Virus record (IMG/VR): IMGVR_UViG_3300021431_002946
Coordinates: 64,001-128,000 of that record
Length of the DNA: 64,000 nt
Strand: one strand, 5' to 3'
DNA from: a virus
Taxonomy: Duplodnaviria > Heunggongvirae > Uroviricota > Caudoviricetes
Shown piece by piece: positions 52,250 to 61,400 of the stretch (positions are counted from its first letter, which is position 1; every line of letters starts with the position of its first letter). The notes under the pieces were generated by a model. That model had not been told where the DNA came from and did no database searches. It was given only the letters and a program-made list of their open reading frames with translations. A program made the position numbers and the translations under genes.

Positions 52250-53095
52250 ATGTTAGAAGTATGGACAGCTACTGGTGGCATAGTAGATGGATATTTTAAA
52301 GGATATATTAAAGATACTAATAATATTAAATTTGATACTAGTGATATACAAGATTGTTATATTAAAAATAGTTTAAAATTTGATGAAAGCACATTACAAA
52401 TAATTATTGAAAACAAAGAACCTTTTCTTATTGGAGATTTTTGTTTTATTCTAAAAACTTTTTATTATACTGTTCGTTTTGATTGTAGTTTTAAAATGCC
52501 TATAACAGTTGAAGCAAAAGATTTAGACGATATTATAAATTATAATATTACAAAAGATATGATAACAATTAAAAAATATAATATAGAAAAAAATATTGAA
52601 GTTATTGAACAATTTGAATTAGCAAGTTTTTATTGGTTTATTAATGAAGATGTTGATGCTAATGTTGACGTTGAGTTAGATTCACTCAGTAATCCACAAT
52701 TAATAAACACATTAATGAAATATGCTACTCAATTATTAGAAAATGATATAAGTAATCTTTCTAAAGATGATCCATACACGAAAGAAATAGAAGATTTATT
52801 AAAAAAATATCCTTATACAAATATTGATGAAGAAGAATTTAGAGAAAAATATAGTAAATATTTAAAAGATTTAGATGAAATTCATTTATATGATAATTAT
52901 AAAAATATTATTCCAGGTTTTGAAAAAGCAATTTTTGAAGATATATTTGATTATGCTAAATTTCAAAATGAATGTTTTAAAGAAGATAAAAATATTACAA
53001 ATGTTATACTTACAATAGATTGGCAAGATGAAACATTAGATACTAGTAATGCAGATACAATTGTACTTTATAAAAAACCAGAATTTTTATATTAA
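52250..53095 (+). CDS. hypothetical protein, paralog of 6105
   Basis: Shared N- and C-terminal motifs. Confidence 0.7.
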   Translation: MLEVWTATGGIVDGYFKGYIKDTNNIKFDTSDIQDCYIKNSLKFDESTLQIIIENKEPFLIGDFCFILKTFYYTVRFDCSFKMPITVEAKDLDDIINYNITKDMITIKKYNIEKNIEVIEQFELASFYWFINEDVDANVDVELDSLSNPQLINTLMKYATQLLENDISNLSKDDPYTKEIEDLLKKYPYTNIDEEEFREKYSKYLKDLDEIHLYDNYKNIIPGFEKAIFEDIFDYAKFQNECFKEDKNITNVILTIDWQDETLDTSNADTIVLYKKPEFLY

Positions 53096-53137
53096 ATAAA
53101 ATTTACAGAAAAATTATTTTGGGTAAAGGAGAATGCT

Positions 53138-53914
53138 ATGATAGAAGTTGATCCTATAGTATTACTTAATACTGTATTTGAATCTATGGATTATGAGTCT
53201 GCAAAAACTTTTATAGAAAAATTAAATTTAAATTTTGATGAAATATTTGAAGATATATTAAAAAAATATGATAAAAAAGAAATTAATAATATAAATAAAG
53301 ACGTTATTAAATACGTTGTGAACTATGGTATTTTATCATTAGGTATTAATGATTTATGCGATGAAGATATTATAAATTTTATTACTAATATACCACTTTC
53401 TCAAAGTACAAAAGATAGTATTAATAATAAAATAAGTAAATGTGATAAAAGTAGTTATATACAAGATATATTATGTTCTAAATTAGTTGAATGGCCACTT
53501 TGGAATTCATTTATAGAAACTAATTGGGGTCATGATATTGAAGGTATAGGTTTTGATTTAGATGTTAATGTGCCTACATCTGAAATTTTAAATGAAGATA
53601 CTATAAAAGCATTAATATATAAATATGCAGAAGATAATTATTTTTATCATTTTGTAGGCGATACTAAGCCATATACTATACTTTTTGAAATACCTGAAAT
53701 TGGATATGAATGGCATTTAGATGATTTTATGGATTATAAACCGTATTGTACTACATTAAGTAGTGCAAAGTATGAAGTAAATGAACATAATTTAGATTGG
53801 ACAGATGAAATGGAAGAATGGTTTGATGAAAATGGTGATATTATTCATGAAGGCTGTTCAGTATATGAAGCAGCACGAAAGTTTTTTTGTACATTTTGTA
53901 TAAAAAAGATTTAA
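53138..53914 (+). CDS. hypothetical protein
   Basis: AAGGAG RBS. Confidence 0.65.
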   Translation: MIEVDPIVLLNTVFESMDYESAKTFIEKLNLNFDEIFEDILKKYDKKEINNINKDVIKYVVNYGILSLGINDLCDEDIINFITNIPLSQSTKDSINNKISKCDKSSYIQDILCSKLVEWPLWNSFIETNWGHDIEGIGFDLDVNVPTSEILNEDTIKALIYKYAEDNYFYHFVGDTKPYTILFEIPEIGYEWHLDDFMDYKPYCTTLSSAKYEVNEHNLDWTDEMEEWFDENGDIIHEGCSVYEAARKFFCTFCIKKI

Positions 53915-53940
53915 TAAGGAGAATACTTGTGAGTAATAAT

Positions 53941-54264
53941 ATGAAAATATATGGTGGTTATATAGATAATGATACACAGTATTATGAAGTATTTTGTGTA
54001 AATTGTACTGTAGATGGAGAAAAAATAATAATTGAAGCACCTAAAAGTTTACTTAGCGTTGTGTATATGACAGGTACTTTCATAACAAAAAATACATTAA
54101 ATATTTTAATGTCAAACGTAGAAGATAATATACAATATGTATATGGATTTGATAAACTTACAGTTTTTAATATTATAGATACAGAAAGACGTAAAGCTTT
54201 AGAACATGCGCAGTATTTGGTAAATCAATTAGAAAAACCAACAGTAGTTAAAGAAGAAAACTAA
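53941..54264 (+). CDS. hypothetical protein, paralog of 3504
   Basis: MKIYGG...VFCVNCT...LEKP. Confidence 0.6.
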   Translation: MKIYGGYIDNDTQYYEVFCVNCTVDGEKIIIEAPKSLLSVVYMTGTFITKNTLNILMSNVEDNIQYVYGFDKLTVFNIIDTERRKALEHAQYLVNQLEKPTVVKEEN

Positions 54265-54283
54265 TGTTTTAAAGGAGAACAAT

Positions 54284-54793
54284 ATGGATTTATCTGAATT
54301 AAAATCTTTATTAAATAAAGCAGTACAAGAAAAAAGAAAAGCAGATGATTTTGTAAATGAATTATCAAATATGTCAGAAGAAGATTTTAATGGTCTTGTA
54401 TATAGTGTATTAAGTTCTTTAAAATCACCTTATGTACCAAATGGAACTTATGCAATTAATTCTATGAGGGAAGATGGTCAGCAGAAAAATTATTATGAAA
54501 TAATGAGAATTGATAATTTTAATGAATGGAAATATAATAGATTAGGTCTTAGTTTTGCATTTACATTAGTTATTAAATGCTCTGATTATAAAACTAAGAA
54601 AGGTATGTTTATTGGATATATAGACTGTAAATATAACTTTCATCAAAAGAAATTAACTATAAGTTATGATCGTTGGAATACAACTGCAACATGTACAGAC
54701 TACGATTATCTTGAAACAGTAAAAAATGATTTACTTATGGATATATGTAATAACTTAAAAATTAAAGATTATACAAGTAAATCTAGATTATAA
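54284..54793 (+). CDS. hypothetical protein, paralog family A
   Basis: FVNELSNMSEEDF; ends YTSKSRL. Confidence 0.65.
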   Translation: MDLSELKSLLNKAVQEKRKADDFVNELSNMSEEDFNGLVYSVLSSLKSPYVPNGTYAINSMREDGQQKNYYEIMRIDNFNEWKYNRLGLSFAFTLVIKCSDYKTKKGMFIGYIDCKYNFHQKKLTISYDRWNTTATCTDYDYLETVKNDLLMDICNNLKIKDYTSKSRL

Positions 54794-54806
54794 GGAGTAA
54801 ATAAGT

Positions 54807-55244
54807 ATGGCGTTAGATTTTGGTGCTGTAAGGAAAGCAAGAATGCAAACAGATACAAAAATATTTAATATGCAAGAAGAGCATACTAAATTTCAAGAAT
54901 TTTTTAGAAAGAATGATGATATTATTGAGAAAGATATACAACATTCATTAGTTGAGCATGCAAAAGAACCTTATATGTACGCATATGTAAGATTTATACG
55001 ATTTGGATTTGATACAAATTTTGCAGTTAATACTGTAATTGATTATCATTCGCAATATTTACCTAATTATGCATCTAAAGATCATGTACAAGAAGAAATG
55101 GATTATTATATGAATTCTTTAGCTGAATATTTAGAATCAAAAGGATTAAAAGTTGAGTATGTGGATGGAGATTTATCAGATATTGATGTTGAAAATACTT
55201 TAAATATAGAATGTAAAATGAAAATTTTAATATATGAAATTTAA
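54807..55244 (+). CDS. hypothetical protein
   Basis: AAGGAG RBS. Confidence 0.65.
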   Translation: MALDFGAVRKARMQTDTKIFNMQEEHTKFQEFFRKNDDIIEKDIQHSLVEHAKEPYMYAYVRFIRFGFDTNFAVNTVIDYHSQYLPNYASKDHVQEEMDYYMNSLAEYLESKGLKVEYVDGDLSDIDVENTLNIECKMKILIYEI

Positions 55245-55258
55245 GGAGGAAAACAACA

Positions 55259-55651
55259 ATGATGTCTGGAGATGCGTTAAATGAAGCTGTAAAAATTATT
55301 GAAAGTAAGTTAAAAGAAGCTGGAATACCAAAGAAAAGATTTAGAGTGGAATGGTGGACAAATAATGGAAGTCCAGCAATGATTTATACATTTCCAAATG
55401 ATTTTGATGAGAATGGTTCACCAATTATTAATGATTCAGCTGATACTATAGAAATTTATTCACCTTTAAATATTGATAAGATTGATTCTGTTGATGCTGC
55501 TTTAACACAAGCAATCAATAAAGTAAGATATAATCAGTCTTATGTTAGAAAAGAAGGTTATTGTAATTTTGAAGATGATAAATCTTTTGAATGGAGTAAA
55601 TTTAAGCCTTTTTATGATAAAGTAATTGAAGTTTTATTAAGCATCAAATAA
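55259..55651 (+). CDS. hypothetical protein
   Basis: AGGAGG RBS. Confidence 0.65.
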   Translation: MMSGDALNEAVKIIESKLKEAGIPKKRFRVEWWTNNGSPAMIYTFPNDFDENGSPIINDSADTIEIYSPLNIDKIDSVDAALTQAINKVRYNQSYVRKEGYCNFEDDKSFEWSKFKPFYDKVIEVLLSIK

Positions 55652-55663
55652 AGGAGAAATATT

Positions 55664-56047
55664 ATGAAAGAAAGCTTTGATCTTAGACAGTTTTATGAGC
55701 TTTGGAAGGAATATATAAAAGAATTTGGTGGAAGATTTGATAAAATTCAAGAAGATTTAGAAAACAATAATTTTGAAAATTATGAAATTGAAGATTTAAT
55801 TGATTTAGAAAATAATGGAATGTCTACAATTGATAGAGCAATTTGGACTCATTTTTGTGCATATAGAATTAATGCAATTAAAAAAATTGATTTAAATGCA
55901 GAAAATGCATTTGATCAAATGTGTGATATTATTGATGATAAATTTAAAATGAAATTTCAAAGAACGTCTATGCCTGCTTATGCTGGTGCTGATGAAAGAG
56001 ATGAAATTTTATTACAAATTTTTGATTATTTAAATAAGCTTCCATAA
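55664..56047 (+). CDS. hypothetical protein
   Basis: AAGGAG RBS. Confidence 0.65.
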   Translation: MKESFDLRQFYELWKEYIKEFGGRFDKIQEDLENNNFENYEIEDLIDLENNGMSTIDRAIWTHFCAYRINAIKKIDLNAENAFDQMCDIIDDKFKMKFQRTSMPAYAGADERDEILLQIFDYLNKLP

Positions 56048-56088
56048 GCTATTTAATTATACATAAGATTTTAAATTGGAGGGAAATT

Positions 56089-57330
56089 ATGTATATTATA
56101 GTATTTTTTATTGTAATAGCTACCTCGCAATTTATTACTAATAAGATACTAAAAGTCAGTGATGAGAATAAAGTAAGTTATTCTTATACTAAAAGAGATG
56201 GATTAATTTTATTAGCATTATTAGGAATCGGAATTGGTTTACAGTTTACAAAATTTACTGGAAAAACATTCTGGAGTATTTTAGGTATTTATGCAGTAGT
56301 AAATGCGTTGATGATGGTAGTTCTTGCTACTGTCAAAAAAGCTATTGTAGAAAAACAGCGAGAAGAACTTAAAAAAGTATTTGATGTTCTTGCACCAGCA
56401 TTACCAAAAAATGCAGAACTTGATCCTAATAATCCGCCTTTTAAACTTGGATATGAAAATGGTAATATAAATAGAATTACTATGGATATTATCAATCCAA
56501 CAACATTTAAAGATGATTTGGCAATCAGTATTTGTTTATCACTAAATAAATATTTACCAAATTATGAATGGGTACCAGAATTTGACTTTGCTGCAAGAGA
56601 ATGCGCATTTGTAGGTACTCCATTACCACCTCATGTTGCTAGATACCCAGGTTCTTGGTTAAGACCTACAGAATTTATTCCTATTGGTCTTACAGGTTTA
56701 GGAGAATTAGGTTGGGTTATTACACCGCATAAAGGTGATGGTAGATCATTATATGAATATGAAGATGGTAAACAAGCAAAAACAGTAGATAGTCCATCTG
56801 CTCCACAAGCATTAGTTGTAGGAGGTCCTTTAGGATTAAATACAATTATTCCAACTACAAAAGGATATAAAACAATGAAAACTATTGAAGTTGGTGATGA
56901 AGTTTTTGGATATGGTAATAAACCTACAAAAGTATTAGAAGTTTTAGATATTCATGATCCAAATAAAACATATTTGCTTTCATTTGTAGATGTAAATAAT
57001 AATTCCATTAATGTAGTATCTGATGAAATTCATAGGTTTCCAGTATTTAGATATAATAAAATAGAACCTGTTCATTGTAAAGATTTAAATGAAGGTAATG
57101 TAATTATTGGAAATAATGACAGATTCTTATTAATCAGTAAAGTAGCAATAAAAAATGAACCTGTCAGGTGTATTAAAGTAGAATCAGATGAGCATATTTT
57201 CTTAATTACTGATAAAGAAGAAGATTTTAATGGAGGAATGTATTATCCTTATAACGCAATTTACACCTATAATACCGGAGGTGGAAAATCGCTTTTTGTT
57301 GAACAAGAAATAGACGTAGATAATGAATAA
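56089..57330 (+). CDS. N-terminal part of a membrane-anchored FtsK/SpoIIIE-like ATPase with an intein in Walker A
   Basis: Three TMs; FIPIGL...PQALVVGG|intein|TGGGKS; ORF ends 13 aa after GK. Confidence 0.75.
   Translation: MYIIVFFIVIATSQFITNKILKVSDENKVSYSYTKRDGLILLALLGIGIGLQFTKFTGKTFWSILGIYAVVNALMMVVLATVKKAIVEKQREELKKVFDVLAPALPKNAELDPNNPPFKLGYENGNINRITMDIINPTTFKDDLAISICLSLNKYLPNYEWVPEFDFAARECAFVGTPLPPHVARYPGSWLRPTEFIPIGLTGLGELGWVITPHKGDGRSLYEYEDGKQAKTVDSPSAPQALVVGGPLGLNTIIPTTKGYKTMKTIEVGDEVFGYGNKPTKVLEVLDIHDPNKTYLLSFVDVNNNSINVVSDEIHRFPVFRYNKIEPVHCKDLNEGNVIIGNNDRFLLISKVAIKNEPVRCIKVESDEHIFLITDKEEDFNGGMYYPYNAIYTYNTGGGKSLFVEQEIDVDNE
56827..57273 (+). mobile_element. mini-intein (149 aa, class-3-like)
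   Basis: PLGLNTIIPTTKGYKTMKTIEVGDEVF...SDEIHRF...PVRCIKVES...IYTYN/T. Confidence 0.8.
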
Positions 57331-57363
57331 ATGCCTTAGTTTTATGCTAAGGCATTAATTTTT
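57330..57363 (+). terminator. terminator-like hairpin
   Basis: AATGCCTTAG-ttttatg-CTAAGGCATT directly after the stop. Confidence 0.65.
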
Positions 57364-57379
57364 AGAAAGGAACTGATAT

Positions 57380-60300
57380 ATGGACGAAATTACATTTAAA
57401 AATCTATTTAGTGATATACAACATAAAATAGAAACAAAAGATTTTGCTAATGTAGATAATAAGAAAAGATTAGAAATATTAATTCCTATAGTTGAAGAAG
57501 ATTATCATTTATTAACTCTCACATATGATTTTATTAACTTAAGTGATAATACAAAAAAGTTATTTTTATATATTATTCAACATTTTATATTTTTTGCATA
57601 TGATAAAAAAGAATTTAAATATTTAAATGAAGCGGCATTTTTTGATTTTATTAAAACTAAAACAAATACTGATTTTAGTAATATGATATATAGTTATATT
57701 TATATGGATAAAATGAGTGAAGAAGAGATCAAAAAGGCAACAAAAGACTTACAAAAACAATTAGAATTATGGGAAGTAAAAACTAATAAATTAGTAATAG
57801 ATAAATCAAATCAAACAAATGAAAATGATGAAAATTTTAAAGATATTGCAGATTGTGATTTTAATTTTGATTTAAGTAATATTACTGAATATGAGCTTTC
57901 AGTTATAAAAAGATTTATTGATTATATAGAATTAGATAAAAAAGAAACAAAAAATCATAAATTAGGTGTAACATTTCCGATATGTATTTGTAACACATTT
58001 GATATATTAAGCAATTCATTACATCCAAAAACATTAAATAAAGCTTGGATGTCAATAGATATGCCTAATTATGAAAGAAAATGTGATGTTGAAATTAAAC
58101 AAGATGGAAAAGAAGATTTATGCTATGAGTCTAGAAAATGTAGAGTTGCAAATAATGAATATCCTTGTAGTGTATATGTAGCAGCTGCATATAAATATTT
58201 GTCTACATATAAACCTGAAAAATTAGAAGAGCAAAGAAAATATTATCAAGAGCATAAAGATGAAATAGATGGTAAAAATTTAGCTTGTGCAAATCTTGTT
58301 AAATATACAATGAAAGTAGATGAATTACCTTTTGTTTCAATTGAAACTATTAATTATATTAGAGATTTACTTGATAGAGGTTTATTAAGAGCATATTCTA
58401 ATGATCCAAATTATGGTATATATTATGCTGCGTCTGAACAGGTTGATAATGTTAAAGGTGAGAGTATAAGTAAAACTGAATTTATAAATTATGTTAAAAA
58501 TGGTATTGTTTCTGACGTAAATAAACTCTTTACATTTCAAGTAAGATTTATTTTATCATTACTTAAATATAATCTTAATTTATATCATGAATATATTGAT
58601 TATGTAAAAGATAAAGAAGCAAATATACCTATAATAAAAGGAAATAGTTATTATGGATATGTTGCAGGTAATGATAGAGAAGAAGTTAAGACAGAAGTTA
58701 CAAAATTAATTGATGCTATAAATTATAATTTTAAATTAAAAAATAATTATATTAAAACAACTGCAATGGATTTAATGCAATCTTTAGCTCTTTTTAAAGA
58801 TTGGATAAGTCCAATCACATATAATACATTAGAATATGGTAAAGTTTATTTAATAACTGGACTTAGAGAATTTATAAAAACATATCAAAGTGATACAAAA
58901 AGTGAGTTTAATATAAAATCACGTTCATTTGATCATTTCTTTAAGCAATTAAAATTATTTGATGATAATAAGTATATTATTCTATGCGGAACTAAATTAG
59001 AAATCGATGATTTTATGTCATTAGATCCAGCAATTAAGTTATTATTTGAACAAAATGCTACAATAATTGAAGATAAAACTAATGAAGATTTGTACAATAT
59101 ATACAAAGATAAGGTTGAAAATAATTCAAAAATTGAGTTGACTGAAGAAAATAAAGCTGAATTTATAAATTATATTTCATATAATAGAGGATCATTTCCA
59201 TTTGATAATTCAACTTTAGCTTCATATTTAGCAAACTTTACTGTATCTAGAGATGAATTTATATTACCTACTAATTTATCCATTATAAAAGAAAAGAATT
59301 TTATGAAAGAATTAGATGATTTAGTTGGTATGGATCAAATCAAAGAACAAGTTAAAAATTTCTATGATTTTGTTAAATATAAGAAAGCAGCTGAAGAACA
59401 GAATATCAACATTGGAGAAGGAAATCTTCATATGGTATTTACAGGTAATCCTGGTACAGGTAAAACAACTGTAGCAAGAATATTAGCAAAAGCTTTATAT
59501 GATATTGGTATAATTAAAGAAAATAAATTAGTTGAAGTTGAAGCAAAAGATTTAATAGGTCAATATGTTGGTCATACTGCTCCTAAAACTGCTGAAGTAA
59601 TTGAAAAAGCTATGGGTGGTGTTTTATTTGTAGATGAAGCATATTCAATAACTGGAGGTAGTTTACAAACAATTCATGGTAATCATTTTGGTGATGAATG
59701 CATTGCTACATTAATTAAAGCTATGGAAGATCATAAAGGTGATTTTGTTTGTATTTTTGCAGGATATAAATTAGAAATGGAAAAATTTATCGATTCTAAT
59801 CCTGGTTTAAGATCAAGACTTGGATATGTATTCCATTTTGATGACTATTCTACAGATGAATTAGTTGAAATTTTTAATAGAAAAATTAAGAAATCTAATT
59901 TAATTGTAGAAGATAATTGTGAACAACCTATTAGAGACGTAATTCAATATTTTGCAAATTCAAGAAATATTGGTAATGGTAGATTTGTTAATAAATTATA
60001 TCAAATTATAATGCAAAAGAAATCTAAATTACATGATACAGATATACAAAAAATTACAATAGATTGTATACCTTCAATTCAAGAAGTTATTGATATTTTA
60101 CCTGAAAAAGATGAATTAATTTCTCCAGATAAAATAAGTCCTGAAATGAAACAAAGAACTATATATCATGAAATTGGTCATGCATTTATATACCATTATT
60201 TTGGTGGTAAAGTTGATGCAATTAAAGTTATTGTTTCTGCAAATGGTGCTTTAGGTTATACGCAATATGATAAAAATGAACTTTTAAATATTTCTACTGA

Positions 60301-60649
60301 AGAAGCACTTAGAAATAGATTATGCTCATTATTAGCTGGTGTTGCAGCTGAAAAAGTTATGTTAGGAGTATATTCTGCAGGTGGTAGTTCAGATTTTGAA
60401 AAAGCTAATATAATAATTAAACACATGATTGAATGTGGATTATCTTCTTATGGGTTTGCAGGTTCATATATTATTAGTCATAATGCAGATATTTCAGTAG
60501 AAATTAATAAAATTATGACTGAAGAATTTGATAGAGCTGTTGATATTTTATCTAAACAAAAAGATAAAATTGAAGAATTCAGTAAAGTTTTATCAGATAA
60601 AGGCATAATTGAAGGTGATGAATTAAAAGAATTATTAAAGGCTATTTAA
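57380..60649 (+). CDS. SpoVK/CbbX-type AAA+ ATPase fused to an M41 (FtsH-like) peptidase domain
   Basis: LVGMDQIKEQV, HMVFTGNPGTGKTTVAR, GGVLFVDEAY, NPGLRSR, GNGRFV; HEIGHA...LAGVAAE...SSDF. Confidence 0.85.
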   Translation: MDEITFKNLFSDIQHKIETKDFANVDNKKRLEILIPIVEEDYHLLTLTYDFINLSDNTKKLFLYIIQHFIFFAYDKKEFKYLNEAAFFDFIKTKTNTDFSNMIYSYIYMDKMSEEEIKKATKDLQKQLELWEVKTNKLVIDKSNQTNENDENFKDIADCDFNFDLSNITEYELSVIKRFIDYIELDKKETKNHKLGVTFPICICNTFDILSNSLHPKTLNKAWMSIDMPNYERKCDVEIKQDGKEDLCYESRKCRVANNEYPCSVYVAAAYKYLSTYKPEKLEEQRKYYQEHKDEIDGKNLACANLVKYTMKVDELPFVSIETINYIRDLLDRGLLRAYSNDPNYGIYYAASEQVDNVKGESISKTEFINYVKNGIVSDVNKLFTFQVRFILSLLKYNLNLYHEYIDYVKDKEANIPIIKGNSYYGYVAGNDREEVKTEVTKLIDAINYNFKLKNNYIKTTAMDLMQSLALFKDWISPITYNTLEYGKVYLITGLREFIKTYQSDTKSEFNIKSRSFDHFFKQLKLFDDNKYIILCGTKLEIDDFMSLDPAIKLLFEQNATIIEDKTNEDLYNIYKDKVENNSKIELTEENKAEFINYISYNRGSFPFDNSTLASYLANFTVSRDEFILPTNLSIIKEKNFMKELDDLVGMDQIKEQVKNFYDFVKYKKAAEEQNINIGEGNLHMVFTGNPGTGKTTVARILAKALYDIGIIKENKLVEVEAKDLIGQYVGHTAPKTAEVIEKAMGGVLFVDEAYSITGGSLQTIHGNHFGDECIATLIKAMEDHKGDFVCIFAGYKLEMEKFIDSNPGLRSRLGYVFHFDDYSTDELVEIFNRKIKKSNLIVEDNCEQPIRDVIQYFANSRNIGNGRFVNKLYQIIMQKKSKLHDTDIQKITIDCIPSIQEVIDILPEKDELISPDKISPEMKQRTIYHEIGHAFIYHYFGGKVDAIKVIVSANGALGYTQYDKNELLNISTEEALRNRLCSLLAGVAAEKVMLGVYSAGGSSDFEKANIIIKHMIECGLSSYGFAGSYIISHNADISVEINKIMTEEFDRAVDILSKQKDKIEEFSKVLSDKGIIEGDELKELLKAI

Positions 60650-60706
60650 TTTATAATAGTATGAAAGAGAAAAATGACTTACCATTTTTGGTAGGTCATT
60701 TTCTTT
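60637..60706 (+). promoter_or_regulatory. CTATTTAA motif + hairpin module
   Basis: AAAGGCTATTTAATTTATAATAG...AAAATGACTTACCA/TGGTAGGTCATTTT. Confidence 0.6.
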
Positions 60707-60725
60707 ATAAAAAGGAGTAAGTAAT

Positions 60726-61121
60726 ATGATTAAATTTACAAGTTTATCTAGTGAACACGCTAGACTCCCAGAAAATTTAATAGACAAATCTGAAATGAAT
60801 AAAAGTAATTATTCTCCAGAATATAAAAATGCTGAGATGGGAAAAGATCTTCAAGCAATGTTTTATTGCAAAGAAAAATATGTTGTTTATTGTACTTATG
60901 CTTGGATTAAAACTGATGAAATAAATAGTAATGATTTTCCAATTGCTGTATTAGATTATAAACCAAAATATTCTAAAAGAACCACTTTTATTTTTAAAGA
61001 GCCAATTTGGAAATTTATGCAAGATGAAAGAACAATAGAACAACAAAAATTTATAGATCAAAATTTTGATAAATTAAATGAATTATATTTAGATTTTGCA
61101 AAATCTCAAGGATATTTATAA
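60726..61121 (+). CDS. hypothetical protein
   Basis: AAGGAG RBS. Confidence 0.65.
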   Translation: MIKFTSLSSEHARLPENLIDKSEMNKSNYSPEYKNAEMGKDLQAMFYCKEKYVVYCTYAWIKTDEINSNDFPIAVLDYKPKYSKRTTFIFKEPIWKFMQDERTIEQQKFIDQNFDKLNELYLDFAKSQGYL

Positions 61122-61127
61122 GGAGAA

Positions 61128-61388
61128 ATGTATATGAGATATTCAGTTTATAAATGGGATAAAGATGATATAGAGTCTTATGATGATACTTTTGGAGAAG
61201 GCGTTTTTGAAGCAGATTCTGATAGACCAAGCTGTTCAAATGCTATTAAACAATATGGTACATTAGTATTAGAAACAGATAATGAACTTGAAGCTGCTAC
61301 TGCTTGTGGTAAAGCTTATGAGGAATTTAGATTCAGCAGAGGTGAAGTTGCTATTTGGGATTCAGTTGAGCATATTTGGTATAATTGA
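61128..61388 (+). CDS. hypothetical protein
   Basis: AAGGAG RBS. Confidence 0.65.
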   Translation: MYMRYSVYKWDKDDIESYDDTFGEGVFEADSDRPSCSNAIKQYGTLVLETDNELEAATACGKAYEEFRFSRGEVAIWDSVEHIWYN

Positions 61389-61400
61389 GGTAATTAAAAA

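Noticed and set aside
462-61239. Most minus-strand ORFs in the track (e.g. 37662-38006, 41768-42094, 27960-28315)
   Set aside because: They are antisense shadows of well-supported + strand genes and lack an RBS or recognisable motifs.
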